Below are positions 1 to 9,837 of a stretch of 64,000 nt of DNA, piece by piece (position 1 is the first letter of the stretch; every line of letters begins with the position of its first letter). Position numbers and translations under genes: made by a program. This stretch comes from an uncultured Actinomycetota bacterium. GTDB taxonomy: Bacteria > Actinomycetota > Actinomycetes > Prado026. The DNA lies in contig CAWKHA010000002.1 of NCBI GenBank assembly GCA_963849365.1, positions 3,091 to 67,090 of the forward strand, read 5' to 3'. The notes beneath the pieces are model-generated. The model was not told where the DNA came from, searched no databases, and saw only the letters and a list, made by a program, of their open reading frames with translations.

Positions 1-161
1 CTCGATCTGGGCGAGCAGATCCTGCTCATGCCGAGCCACGCGGACGATCATCCCATCCGGAGCCGACTGCAGGCCGGCGCTGATGGGTTAGCGATGGGTT
101 GGGGCCATGCCGCACCCGGTTACGCGGGTGTGACTCTGGTGTTTGCCCTGGTCGGAGTGGG

Positions 162-234
162 TCCCCCTGGCAGGACTTGAACCTGCGACCCGCGGATTAG
201 AAGTCCGCCGCTCTGTCCACTGAGCTACAGGGGG
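162..234 (-). tRNA. tRNA-Arg (anticodon UCU)
   Basis: Reverse complement CCCCCTG-TAGCTCAGTGGACAGAGC-GGCGGA-CTTCTAA-TCCGC-GGGTC-GCAGGTTCAAGTCCTGC-CAGGGGG-A. It has a 7-bp acceptor stem, D arm, TCT anticodon and T loop; CCA is not encoded. A TAGACT -10-like hexamer lies at 242-247 (minus). Confidence 0.95.
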
Positions 235-277
235 TGCGACGAGTCTAGGGCCGTCGCCGCACCCCGCCCCGGTCGAC

Positions 278-1249
278 TCAGCCGGCGAAGTACGGGTCCG
301 CCCCCATCGCTGCGAACGTCGACAGGGTGTTCGGCACCGTCTCCACCCGCCAGTCGCAGGCCTTGTTGAGGTTGAAGTACAGGACGCCCCGGAACCGCGA
401 GTAGGCAGCCGTCTGGAGCAGCGCCCGGGCGTCGTTCAGCCAGGCCGCCTTCCGGCCCGGCTGGGCCGGGTCCTCGACCGATGCGTACTCGGCGAGCCAC
501 ATCTCTTTGCCCAGGTGCGCCTGCGAGAAGGTCATGAACCCGGTGAGCAGCTGCTGCAGCGAGTTCCACGGGTTCTTGACGCTGGTGCGGCACGTGTACC
601 AGTTGTAGGCGTCGACGGCCATCGCGTCCACGACGTCGTCGCCGGGGTACCACTTGGACGCCTGCCGCCGGTCCTTGGCGCCCAGCTTGTGCGCGAAGGC
701 CGTGGTGATCCACATCGCCTTGGCGTTGGTCGCTCCCTCGGCGCGCATGATCGAGACCCACTTGCGCCAGGCGGCGATGTAGTCGGCCGACGTGCCCAGG
801 GTGGTCTTGGTCGACGCCTCGGGCTCGTGCTGCATCGTCACGTAGATCGGCACCCCGAAGTCGCGGACCCGGTCCGCCCACGACTTCATGTCGTTATAGA
901 GGGCGGAGCCCGGCGCGGCCGCGGCGATGGTCGCCCACTTGACCTGGCCGCCGCCGACCCTGCTGGTCGCGACCGAGAGCAGGATCGTGGTGCCGTCCGC
1001 CTTCAGCGTGTTCTCGTACGACGTCGGGAAAGGTGAGTCCCAGGAGAGGAAGTCGCGGATCGCGCCGAGATTGCGACCGACCTTGGTCTCGAAGGAGTGC
1101 ACGGCGTCGATCTGGGCGGTCGTGCCGGTCGCCTTGACAGTCGCGCCCCAGACGATCGGCGTCGGCGCGGCGCCGGCGGTCAGCGGCGCGACGATCACGG
1201 CGGTGAGCGCCACGGACGCAGCGACAGCCGACCACAGGATTCTTCGCAT
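278..1249 (-). CDS. Secreted GH26-like (clan GH-A) glycoside hydrolase
   Basis: Signal peptide MRRILWSAVAASVAL...AGA; HEPE acid/base motif; WYPGDDVVD, VDAYNW and WLAEYAS nucleophile motifs. Confidence 0.75.
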   Translation of the reverse strand: MRRILWSAVAASVALTAVIVAPLTAGAAPTPIVWGATVKATGTTAQIDAVHSFETKVGRNLGAIRDFLSWDSPFPTSYENTLKADGTTILLSVATSRVGGGQVKWATIAAAAPGSALYNDMKSWADRVRDFGVPIYVTMQHEPEASTKTTLGTSADYIAAWRKWVSIMRAEGATNAKAMWITTAFAHKLGAKDRRQASKWYPGDDVVDAMAVDAYNWYTCRTSVKNPWNSLQQLLTGFMTFSQAHLGKEMWLAEYASVEDPAQPGRKAAWLNDARALLQTAAYSRFRGVLYFNLNKACDWRVETVPNTLSTFAAMGADPYFAG

Positions 1250-1468
1250 CTCGGAGGCCCCCTACCGAGTCAGGTTGCCGGGGATGCAACCCCACTCCGC
1301 GGCCCGGCACAACCCTCCGTTCGGCCGACCGGAGCAATGTTCACGATCGGGATCGGGGCGCTCACAACCAGTCAAAGTCGTCCTAGGGGGAGCCGAACAC
1401 TCCCCGAAGGGTGCATGCTGCATCCACTCGAGGCCTGGGGGAGGGCCTCGTCGGGGTGGAGGTCAGTC

Positions 1469-4282
1469 ATGTCCCGTCGGAAGTCGCGGCTCAGGGCTGC
1501 AACCGTCGTCGGCGCAGGAGCGCTGGTGCTTTCATCTCTGGCGACCGCGCACCCAGCGGCAGCGGTTCCGGGCGGGCCGGTGCCCATCTCCTTCGGCAAG
1601 AGCCAGCTCTCCGGCGAGATCTCGACCCGGCCGACCACGCTGCAGTGGGGGCCGGACGGGCGCCTCTACGTGCTGCAGCAGGACGGGACGCTGTACATCT
1701 ACCGGGTGGCCCGGAACGCCGCCAACGACTACCGGGTCACCGCCACCGAGACCGTGCTGCTGGTCAAGAACATCCCCAACCACGACGACGACGGTGCCGT
1801 CAACAACACGCTCGGGGTGCGCCAGGCGACTGGGATGATCGTCCGCGGCACCGCAGCGCGGCCGGTGATCTACGTGTCCTCGAGCGACCCGCGCTACGGC
1901 GGCGGCCCGCGCGGTGACCTGAACCTGGACACGAACTCCGGCATGGTCTCCAAGCTGTCCTGGAACGGCACGGCCTGGTCGAAGTTCGACATCGTCCGGG
2001 GCCTGCCCCGCTCGGAGGAGAACCACTCGGTCAACGGGCTGGCCATCAACGCGGCGGGCACACTGCTCTACCTGGCGGTCGGCGGCAACACCAACATGGG
2101 CGCCCCCTCGCACGTGTTCGCCGACATGCCCGAGACCGCCCTGTCGGCTGCGATCCTCACGATCAACCTGACCGCGATCGGCAGCTCGACGTACGACCTG
2201 CCGACGCTGGACGACCCGAACCGCCCGGGCGTCGTCGACTCGAACGATCCCTTCGGCGGGGACAACGGCAACAACCAGGCAGTGATCGTGGCCGGCGGTC
2301 CGGTCCAGGTCTACGCGAGCGGTTTCCGCAACCCGTACGACATCCTGATCTCCAGCAAGGGGGTCATGTACAGCGACGACAACGGGAACAACGCGGGCCA
2401 GGGCGACGTCCCGATCAACGAGGGCCCGGGCGGGAACTGCACGAACGGCATCAACGAGCCGGGCGTCACCGGCCCGGACAGCCTGCACGTGGTGACCCAG
2501 GGCTACTACGGCGGGCACCCGAACCCGACCCGTGGGAACAAGGCCAACACGTTCAACGGTCAGTCGCCGATCCTGGCGGCCAACCCGGTCGAGTGCGACT
2601 ACCAGCTGCCGGGCAGTGCGGCCCGCCCGGTGCTGTCCACCGACCCGAGCTCGTCCAACGGCATTGCGGAGTACACGGCGTCGGACTTCGGCGGCGCCAT
2701 GAAGGGCGACCTGCTGCTCGCGGCGTACGACAACTACGTCGAGCGGATCCAGGTGGACAGCACCGGAACCGTGAACACGGGCAAGACGACGCTGTTCTCC
2801 GCCGTCGGCGTGCACCCGCTGGACATCACGACCATGGGCGACGCCGAGGCCTTCCCCGGGACGATCTGGGTCGCCGACGTCGCTGACCAGAACATCTACG
2901 TCTTCGAGCCGGGGGACTACGGCGGCGGGACCGGCGGGACCTGCACCGGCGCCGACAGCACGACGCTGGACGAGGACGGCGACGGCTTCACGAACGCGGA
3001 CGAGATCGACAACGGGACCGACCCGTGCTCGGCGGCCGACGCCCCGCACGACTGGGACGGCGACCACATCTCCGACCTGAACGACCCCGACGACGACAAC
3101 GACGGCATGGCCGACACCGTCGACCCGTTCGCCATCGACGCGACCAACGGGCTGGGTAAGTCGCTGCCCGCGTCGTACAACTTCGACAGTACGTTCGGCG
3201 GTCTGCTCGACATGGGCTTCACCGGGCTCATGACCAACGGGACGGCTGACTACCGCACCCTGTACGACCCGACCAAGCTCACCGCCGGCGGCGCGCCGGG
3301 CGTGCTCACCATCGACCAGCTCACCCCGGGGAGCGCCGGCACGGACGACCAGGAGTACGGGTTCCAGTTCGGGGTCAAGCCGGGCACGCTGCCGTTCACG
3401 GCCCACACCCGGGTCGTGTCGCCCTGGGCGGGCGAGACGCCGCACGCCGGCCAGTCCATCGGGCTGCAGCTGGGGACGGGGACGCAGAGCGACTACGTCG
3501 AGGTCGCGCTGACCGGCGACTCGGGCGGGGGCGTGGCGGTCTTGAGCGAGATCGGGGGCGTCCGCACGACGTCGCCGGCGATCCCGCTGGCGGTGCCCGG
3601 CCCGGACCAGGTCGAGCTCTACCTGGACGCCAACCCGGTCGCGCACACGGTGCAGCCCGCCTACCAGACAGTCACCGGTGGCGTGACGGGTCCGCGGCAG
3701 GCGATCGGCGGGCCGATCACGGTTCCGGCGTCCTGGCTGGACGGGCACACCGGCGTCGCCGTCGGGCTGCTCGGGACCTCGCCGAGTGGCGACACCCTGT
3801 CCGGGACGTGGGACCTGCTCGAGGCCACCCTCACCGGAGCGGGCGCCACCTCGCAGCCCGACGAGACGATCAAGCGCAGCGGTGACGCGACCGCGCTGGG
3901 CGACAACATCTACAACACCACCGGCGCCGGGCAGACGCGGACCATCACGACCGGGCGCGGCGTCTCCCGGACGTTCGTCATCAAGATCTGGAACGACAGC
4001 TCGAGCCCCGACGCCTACCTGATCAAGGGTGCGGCGTCGCAGACCGGGTTCACGGTCAAGTACCTGAAGGGGGCGAGCGGGACCACCGACATCACCGCGG
4101 CTGTGCTGGCAGGCACGTACAAGACGGCCAACATCCAGCCCGCCGGCGGCGTGGTGATCCGGATGGTGGTGACGATCGCGGCGAACGCACCGACGGGCGT
4201 GACCCGGAACTGGCTGGTCACCGCCACATCGGCCAGGGACGCCGGCGCCAAGGACGCCGTCGACGGCCAGCTGAAGACGTGA
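1469..4282 (+). CDS. Large secreted protein: PQQ/sugar-dehydrogenase-like beta-propeller, Ca-binding (TSP3-like) repeats, lectin-like region and C-terminal beta domain
   Basis: GGAGG RBS at 1458-1462 before ATG 1469; signal peptide; PTTLQWGPDGRLY, GLPRSEENH and GFRNPYD motifs; Asp-rich DEDGDGFTNADEIDNGTDP/DWDGDHISDLNDPDDDNDG. Confidence 0.7.
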   Translation: MSRRKSRLRAATVVGAGALVLSSLATAHPAAAVPGGPVPISFGKSQLSGEISTRPTTLQWGPDGRLYVLQQDGTLYIYRVARNAANDYRVTATETVLLVKNIPNHDDDGAVNNTLGVRQATGMIVRGTAARPVIYVSSSDPRYGGGPRGDLNLDTNSGMVSKLSWNGTAWSKFDIVRGLPRSEENHSVNGLAINAAGTLLYLAVGGNTNMGAPSHVFADMPETALSAAILTINLTAIGSSTYDLPTLDDPNRPGVVDSNDPFGGDNGNNQAVIVAGGPVQVYASGFRNPYDILISSKGVMYSDDNGNNAGQGDVPINEGPGGNCTNGINEPGVTGPDSLHVVTQGYYGGHPNPTRGNKANTFNGQSPILAANPVECDYQLPGSAARPVLSTDPSSSNGIAEYTASDFGGAMKGDLLLAAYDNYVERIQVDSTGTVNTGKTTLFSAVGVHPLDITTMGDAEAFPGTIWVADVADQNIYVFEPGDYGGGTGGTCTGADSTTLDEDGDGFTNADEIDNGTDPCSAADAPHDWDGDHISDLNDPDDDNDGMADTVDPFAIDATNGLGKSLPASYNFDSTFGGLLDMGFTGLMTNGTADYRTLYDPTKLTAGGAPGVLTIDQLTPGSAGTDDQEYGFQFGVKPGTLPFTAHTRVVSPWAGETPHAGQSIGLQLGTGTQSDYVEVALTGDSGGGVAVLSEIGGVRTTSPAIPLAVPGPDQVELYLDANPVAHTVQPAYQTVTGGVTGPRQAIGGPITVPASWLDGHTGVAVGLLGTSPSGDTLSGTWDLLEATLTGAGATSQPDETIKRSGDATALGDNIYNTTGAGQTRTITTGRGVSRTFVIKIWNDSSSPDAYLIKGAASQTGFTVKYLKGASGTTDITAAVLAGTYKTANIQPAGGVVIRMVVTIAANAPTGVTRNWLVTATSARDAGAKDAVDGQLKT

Positions 4283-5718
4283 TGAAGCGCCGTAGGGCCA
4301 CCGTCCTGCTCGTCGCCGTGAGCCTGCTCGCGGCGACCGCTCCCCCGCTGGCCGCGCTGGCCGCCGGGGGGACGGCCGGCCCCGGCGCGGCGGCCGCGAC
4401 CGCCGACGGGACCTGGACGACCGAGACACCCAGCGGCCTGCGCCGCCAGGAGGTCACCTACGTCACGGTGGGTTCGAAGATCTACCTGGCCGGCGGCAAG
4501 TCGTCCGTGCAGCAGGCGTTCGACCCGGTCGGCCACACCTGGAGCACGGTGGCGCCGCTGCCCGAGGCGCTGGACCACATCGGGGCCGTGGCGCTGAACG
4601 GCAAGATCTACTACGTCGGTGGCCTCGACGGCTACCCGGGTACCAGCTTCGGCAACGTGTACGTGTACGACCCCGCCACCGACACGGTCACCTCGGCGGC
4701 ATCGCTCCCGGCCGGCCGCGACCGCGGGGCGGCCGGGATCGCCGTCTACCAGGGCAGGATCTACCTGGCCGGCGGCTTCCACGCCGGTGCCAGCGTCGCG
4801 TTCTTCGACGTCTACGACCCGGCCACCAACGCCTGGACGTCGCTGCCCGACCTGCCCGAGCGCCGCGACCACGTCGCTGCCGCGGTCATCGGCGACCGGA
4901 TGTACGTGATCGGGGGCCGGACCTACGGCCACAGCGTCCAGCCGCAGAACGACGCCTTCGACTTCATCACCGGACGGTGGGTCACCGGCCTGGCGCCGCT
5001 GCCCACGCTGCGGGCCGGGGCCGCGACCGCCGTCTTCGGGACCGAGGTGATCGTCATCGGCGGCGAGTGCTGCGGCTCGACCTACAGCCAGGCCGAGGCG
5101 TACGACACCGCGACGGACACCTGGCGCGAGCTCACGCCGATGCCCACGTCGCGGCACGGGATCCAGGCCGCTGTCTACAACGGCAGCTTCTACATCGCCG
5201 ACGGCGGGACCCGGATGGGCGGGGGCGGGCAGACGGACATACAGGAGGTGCTGTCCCTGACCGGCGGGCCCCCGCCGCCGCCGACCGGCCGCCCGGACTG
5301 CCGGGTGCGCCTGTCGACCGAGTCGAAGCTGACCGGCAACAACGTCTACAACACGACCGGGACCGGACAGACGCGGGCGACGACCACGACCGCCACCACG
5401 ACGACCTTCGTGTTCTCGCTGCAGAACGACGCCACCTTCTCCGACCAGCTCACCGTGCGGGCGCCCGGCACTGCCGCGCCGTTCACCGTCCGCTACCTGG
5501 CCGGCACGAGCGGCACGACGGACATCACCGCGGCCGTGGTGGCCGGGACGTACAAGACCGCGTCCCTGGCCACCGGTGCGCTGAAGGCGATCCGGCTGCA
5601 GGTCACGGTGGCGGGCGGCACCGCGAGCGGGACGTCCGGCACCTGGCTGGCTTCGGTCGGGTCCGGGGCGGACCCGGGCACCTCCGACGCCTGCGCGGCC
5701 CGGATCACCGTCGGCTGA
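4279..5718 (+). CDS. Secreted Kelch-repeat protein with C-terminal beta domain
   Basis: GTGA overlap with the upstream gene; signal peptide; about six Kelch repeats (IYLAGG...YDP.T..W....LP..R); Pro linker; C-terminal domain similar to that of the upstream gene. Confidence 0.85.
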   Translation: MMKRRRATVLLVAVSLLAATAPPLAALAAGGTAGPGAAAATADGTWTTETPSGLRRQEVTYVTVGSKIYLAGGKSSVQQAFDPVGHTWSTVAPLPEALDHIGAVALNGKIYYVGGLDGYPGTSFGNVYVYDPATDTVTSAASLPAGRDRGAAGIAVYQGRIYLAGGFHAGASVAFFDVYDPATNAWTSLPDLPERRDHVAAAVIGDRMYVIGGRTYGHSVQPQNDAFDFITGRWVTGLAPLPTLRAGAATAVFGTEVIVIGGECCGSTYSQAEAYDTATDTWRELTPMPTSRHGIQAAVYNGSFYIADGGTRMGGGGQTDIQEVLSLTGGPPPPPTGRPDCRVRLSTESKLTGNNVYNTTGTGQTRATTTTATTTTFVFSLQNDATFSDQLTVRAPGTAAPFTVRYLAGTSGTTDITAAVVAGTYKTASLATGALKAIRLQVTVAGGTASGTSGTWLASVGSGADPGTSDACAARITVG

Positions 5719-5885
5719 TCGGCGCCAGGACAGCGGCGACCTGGGCGATCGCCTGCGTCGCGGCGTCCAGGCCGCCCACAGCTCGTCATCGGCAGGCGGA
5801 CGGCAACCGATGGTTGCTTGTCTGCGCCGGATCGGCAGCGACTGGTTGCGAGCGGCTGGAGGGAGCAGAACCGGGGACGACCGGC

Positions 5886-5928
5886 GGGACCAACGGCCCT
5901 GGCGCGGGTCGGACGCGAGACCGAGGCT
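5886..5928 (+). promoter_or_regulatory. DosR-like box plus -10 hexamer upstream of USP
   Basis: GGGACCAACGGCCC at 5886-5899, GAGGCT at 5923-5928; the 16-mer is identical to 55528-55543. Confidence 0.7.
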
Positions 5929-5973
5929 GATAGTGCGCACGAAGACTGCGCAGACAACTTCCGGGAGGCGGTC

Positions 5974-6876
5974 ATGTTCAACGACAAGCCGGTGCTCGTG
6001 GGCTACGACGGCTCAGCCGCGAGCGTTCTCGCACTGCGGTGGGCCGTGGACGAGGCTCAGCGGCGCCACTTGGCCCTGACCGTCCTGCACGCGGCTACAC
6101 CTGACCTGCCGCTGACCGTGGTGGGTATGGGCTACTACGGGGACGGGGAGTCGCAGGTCGCCATCGGTGAGTCCATCCTGGACGACGCCAAGAAGCGGGT
6201 CGCCGAGTGGGCGCCCGACCTCGCGATCAACGTCCGCCTGATCTCGTCGGCCCCGGCGCCGGCCCTGCTGGACGCCATGACCGATGCGTCCGTGGTGGTC
6301 CTCGGCTCGCGCGGCCTGGACGGGTTCTCCGAGCTCCTGGTCGGCTCGACCTCGCTGCACGCTGCAACGCACGCCACCATTCCGGTCGTCGTGGTCCGGC
6401 CGCACAAGGACGTACCCGCCGGCTCCGAGGCCGGACGCGTGGTCGTCGGCGTCGACGGGTCCGAGAGCGCCCAGGACGCGCTGGCGTTCGCCTTCGACGA
6501 GGCCTATCTGCGCGGCGTCGGACTGACCGCGGTCCGGGCCTGGTACTCGGAGTACTTCGACTCCTACGGCGCCAAGGGCGGTGCCATCCCGGTGTCGGTG
6601 GAGAACGAGACCTTCGTCCCGGCGGAGACGGCAGCGCTGCACGAGTCGGTCGTCGGCTGGCGGAACAAGTACCCCGAGGTGGACGTCCGCGAGCGGGTCG
6701 TGCACGCGACCGCCGCGCACGCCCTGATCGACGCCGCCCGCGGCGCCGAGCTGCTGGCCGTCGGTTCGCGCGGCCGCGGCGGGTTCCGCTCCGTGCTTCT
6801 GGGCTCGGTCAGCCACGCGGCGCTGCACCACGCAGCGTGCCCCGTCGCCGTCGTACGGCCGTACGCCACCGCCTGA
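5974..6876 (+). CDS. Tandem-domain universal stress protein
   Basis: Two USP domains: VLVGYDGS...GSRGLDGFSELLVGS and VVVGVDGS...GSRGRGGFRSVLLGSVS...ACPVAVV; GGAGG RBS. Confidence 0.95.
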   Translation: MFNDKPVLVGYDGSAASVLALRWAVDEAQRRHLALTVLHAATPDLPLTVVGMGYYGDGESQVAIGESILDDAKKRVAEWAPDLAINVRLISSAPAPALLDAMTDASVVVLGSRGLDGFSELLVGSTSLHAATHATIPVVVVRPHKDVPAGSEAGRVVVGVDGSESAQDALAFAFDEAYLRGVGLTAVRAWYSEYFDSYGAKGGAIPVSVENETFVPAETAALHESVVGWRNKYPEVDVRERVVHATAAHALIDAARGAELLAVGSRGRGGFRSVLLGSVSHAALHHAACPVAVVRPYATA

Positions 6877-6925
6877 CCGGCGGGACGCACGGGACCGCCG
6901 AAGGTCGAGAGGGCCAGGGATCGCC

Positions 6926-7906
6926 GTGAGCGAGAACGAGCTCGACCGGGAGGAACGGCTCGTTCTGCTCACGGCTGCCACGGCTGCCCCGTCGCTGTAC
7001 AACAGCCAGCCCTGGCGGTTCGTCGTCACGGGCCTGCAGATCGACCTGTACGCCGATCCGCGCCGGCAGCTGCGCGAGGCCGACCCGCACGGCCGCGAGC
7101 TCCTGATCAGTTGCGGCGCCGCGCTGTTCAACCTGCGGCTGGCCGCCCAGCACCTCGGCCGGGAACCGAAGGTCCGGTTGCTGCCGCGCAGAGACGACCC
7201 GCGACTGGTCGCGCAGGTGACCCTGGCTAGCCGCCGGGGCATCTCACGGATGGGCGAGATGCTCTACGACGCGATCCCGCTGCGCCACACGAACCGCTTC
7301 CCGTTCGAGGACGACGACACGATCCCGGCCGAGGCCGGGGACGCGATGGCGTCCGCAGCCCGGCTCGAAGGGGCGGAGCTGATCGCGCTCCGGGAAGGGA
7401 CCGAGCTCGGCCGGATGGCCGAGATCGTCCATCTGGCCGACATCGACCTGGACCACAGGCCCGGGCTGGCCGTCGAGGCCGCGGCGTGGACGGCCGTCGA
7501 GGCGGACCGCAGCGACGGCGTTCCCGGCTACGCGCTCGGGCCGCTCGCCGACAGCTCCGAGACGCCGGTCCGCGACCTTCGTCGTGGCGCGCCCATGCCC
7601 GACCGTCCGCACACGGCGTTCGAACGGTCGCCGCACCTGCTCGTGCTGGCCACCCGGGACGACGACCATGCTTCGTGGGTCCGGGCCGGCCAGGCGCTGC
7701 AGCGGGTGCTGTTGACGGCGACGTTGCACGGGCTCTCGGCGTCCTTCGTGAACCAGCCGCTGGAGTCCCCGGACCTGCGCGACTCGGTGCTCGCCGCGGG
7801 GAGCCAGCACGGGCACCCGCAGATGGTGATGCGGATCGGCCACGGCAGCCCCGTCCCGCCGACTCCCCGGCGACCGCTCGACGATGTGACCGGCCGCGAC
7901 CGATAA
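6926..7906 (+). CDS. Acg-family FMN-binding nitroreductase-like protein
   Basis: APSLYNSQPWRF, DPHGRELLISCGAALFNLR, RHTNR.PF and W.RAGQALQRVLL motifs. Confidence 0.9.
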   Translation: MSENELDREERLVLLTAATAAPSLYNSQPWRFVVTGLQIDLYADPRRQLREADPHGRELLISCGAALFNLRLAAQHLGREPKVRLLPRRDDPRLVAQVTLASRRGISRMGEMLYDAIPLRHTNRFPFEDDDTIPAEAGDAMASAARLEGAELIALREGTELGRMAEIVHLADIDLDHRPGLAVEAAAWTAVEADRSDGVPGYALGPLADSSETPVRDLRRGAPMPDRPHTAFERSPHLLVLATRDDDHASWVRAGQALQRVLLTATLHGLSASFVNQPLESPDLRDSVLAAGSQHGHPQMVMRIGHGSPVPPTPRRPLDDVTGRDR

Positions 7907-7915
7907 CCTCCGGGC

Positions 7916-8557
7916 ATGACGAACGACGGCCGCCTGGTCTGGATCGACTGCGAGATGACCGGGCTCGACCTGGACCGCGACGCCCTCGTGGAGATCGCCG
8001 TGGTCGTCACCGACTCCGAGCTCAACGTCCTGGGCGAGGGGGTGGACATCGTCATCCGGCCGCCCGACGAGGCGCTGGTCGACATGAACCCTGTGGTCGT
8101 CCAGATGCACACCGCCTCCGGGCTGCTCGACGAGCTGCCGAACGGCGTCACCCTCGCCGATGCCGAGGCGCACGTCCTGGCCTACGTCCGGGAGCACGTG
8201 CCAGAGCCGCGCAAGGCGCCGCTGGCCGGTAGCTCCGTCTACACCGACCGCGGGTTCATCACCCGGGACCTGCCTGCGCTGGACGCCCACCTGCACTACC
8301 GCCTCGTCGACGTCTCGACGATCAAGGAGCTCTCCCGGCGGTGGTACCCCCGCGCGTACTTCGCGGCCCCGGCCAAGCACGGCGGCCACCGGGCGCTCGC
8401 GGACATCCTGGAGAGCATCGAGGAGCTGCGGTACTACCGGGAGGCGGTCTTCGTGGCGGCGCCCGGCCCGGACAGCGCCGCAGCCCGGGAGATCGCCGCC
8501 AGGTTCGGCGCGTCGCCGGAGGACGTGCCGGAGACCGAGGAGCCTCCGACCGCCTGA
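7916..8557 (+). CDS. orn: Oligoribonuclease
   Basis: [37 protein letters not shown] and HRALADI.ESI.ELRYYR. TAACCT at 7904-7909 lies 6 nt before the ATG, suggesting a leaderless mRNA. Confidence 0.97.
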   Translation: MTNDGRLVWIDCEMTGLDLDRDALVEIAVVVTDSELNVLGEGVDIVIRPPDEALVDMNPVVVQMHTASGLLDELPNGVTLADAEAHVLAYVREHVPEPRKAPLAGSSVYTDRGFITRDLPALDAHLHYRLVDVSTIKELSRRWYPRAYFAAPAKHGGHRALADILESIEELRYYREAVFVAAPGPDSAAAREIAARFGASPEDVPETEEPPTA

Positions 8558-8624
8558 ACGAGGTGGCCGAGGGCCCCGACCAGCCTTGTACACTGCTTCG
8601 GCCGCTGCCCATCGGCGGCGACAT

Positions 8625-8701
8625 GGTGGGTGTAGCTCAGCTGGTAGAGCACCTGGTTGTGGTCCAGGGGGTCGCGGGTTCAAGTCCCGTCACTCACCCC
8701 A
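8625..8701 (+). tRNA. tRNA-His (anticodon GUG)
   Basis: G-1 plus GTGGGTG/CACTCAC acceptor stem, C73, encoded CCA, anticodon loop TTGTGGT and GGTTCAAGTCC T arm; directly follows orn. Confidence 0.97.
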
Positions 8702-8776
8702 AGGCAATCCCGGCATCCTCGCGTGCGCCACTCCTCCTCCTCCGTGGAGCAGCCGGACAGACGACCCACCGAATAG

Positions 8777-9184
8777 TTGACAGTCACCCAGCCCTTGTCC
8801 CAACGTTGGGCAGTGGGTCAACCAATGGGTAGCCTGAGCATGAGCCCGCGCCGCCTCTCATCCGCGCGGTGCCGGACCGCGACGGTGGCAGCAGGCGGGG
8901 CCGCACTCGCAGTCGGTCTCGGTCTCGGCCTCTGGGTCGGATCGGCACGACAGCCAGGGGTCGACGGCCTGCTCACCACCGGTCACCTCACCGACCTGTC
9001 CGCGAACGCGGCCAAAGCCTGCCTGCTGCCGGACGGCGGAAGGGACGCGCAGCGGATCTGCGGTCTGCTGGTCGTCGCCCCGGGGATCAGCCGGCCACAG
9101 CAGGGCGACCGCCTCAACGTGTTCGTGCGAAGCACGCCCGATGGGACGTTGCTGGTGGTGCACGCCACGTCGGCCCCGTCCTGA
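8777..9184 (+). CDS. Hypothetical small membrane-anchored protein (start uncertain, possibly ATG 8840)
   Basis: One hydrophobic segment (AAGGAALAVGLGLGLWVG) and two Cys; fills the gap after tRNA-His. Confidence 0.45.
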   Translation: MTVTQPLSQRWAVGQPMGSLSMSPRRLSSARCRTATVAAGGAALAVGLGLGLWVGSARQPGVDGLLTTGHLTDLSANAAKACLLPDGGRDAQRICGLLVVAPGISRPQQGDRLNVFVRSTPDGTLLVVHATSAPS

Positions 9185-9192
9185 GATGCGCG

Positions 9193-9723
9193 TCAGGCGC
9201 GCAACGAAGCCGCGGCGAAGGCGACGGAGAACCGCTCGCACCAGATGACGACACTGGCGTACCGGGTCGCGTCCACCGCAGCCGGTACCGCGTAGTTCTG
9301 GTTGCCGAGGTTGCCCTTGAGCTTCCCCAGCTCCACGTGTCCGGGCGGGAAGGCGGCCTCCTCCGACCCGGCTGGGGCCGAGGCCAGCCAGACGTGGACG
9401 TCGGGGCCGTCACTGGTCACGAGGTCCTGCAGCCGGACCAGGACGCGTCCGTCGGGAAGCCGCACGAGCAGCGCGCTGCCGGTGGTGTGGTGCTCGAACG
9501 AGCGGAACGACCCCTGCGCGAGCACCTGCGGTGTGGCCGCGGGAGCGGTGGCCGGCGCGCCGGCGGGTGCGCCGGCCGGGCTCGTCGCGACCGGGACGGT
9601 CGATGGGAGTGCTTCGTCGACCCGGGTGTCGACGAACAGCTTCCACGGCTGGAACACGACGAGCGCTACCACGAGAGCCCCCACCGCGAGGACCCCGGTC
9701 AGCGCGAGAAGGATGCGGCGCAT
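9193..9723 (-). CDS. DM13 domain-containing protein
   Basis: FQPWKLFVD..VDEALP, EH.TTG, GPDVHVWL, LG.LKGN.GNQNY and SVVIWCERFSVAF. Confidence 0.9.
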   Translation of the reverse strand: MRRILLALTGVLAVGALVVALVVFQPWKLFVDTRVDEALPSTVPVATSPAGAPAGAPATAPAATPQVLAQGSFRSFEHHTTGSALLVRLPDGRVLVRLQDLVTSDGPDVHVWLASAPAGSEEAAFPPGHVELGKLKGNLGNQNYAVPAAVDATRYASVVIWCERFSVAFAAASLRA

Positions 9724-9837
9724 ACGGGACAGTCTCGGCCGCACCCGCGGCGTTACGAGGCGCGAGCCGCTTCCGTCACGAAGACGTAAGACGGGCGATC
9801 GTCGCGGCGCGTCGTCGCCGTCCGGCCTGACCGCGGC

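Noticed and set aside
1-180. Partial ORFs at the left edge (plus frame 1 open to 180; minus-strand ATG at 51)
   Set aside because: Too short and motif-free to call; the plus frame also runs into the tRNA.
1250-1468. DosR-like box in the GH26/propeller intergenic region
   Set aside because: Only weak half-matches, with no -10 hexamer at the conserved spacing.
2969-3130. GAC-rich repetitive DNA as a repeat array
   Set aside because: Explained by Asp-rich Ca-binding protein repeats; no CRISPR-like repeat-spacer structure was seen anywhere in the window.
5974-8701. orn and tRNA-His as part of the USP-acg hypoxia transcript
   Set aside because: orn has its own TAACCT leaderless-type -10 and the tRNA has TACACT at 8589-8594; the orn/tRNA-His linkage is ordinary in actinobacteria.
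8680-8780. tRNA-His as the integration site of the hypoxia island
   Set aside because: No integrase and no duplicated tRNA 3' end was seen, and regulon genes occur on both sides of the tRNA.
9775-9795. Possible OmpR-type 11-bp direct repeat (CTTACG/GTGACG, minus) upstream of the DM13 gene
   Set aside because: A single degenerate instance with no cognate regulator in the window.
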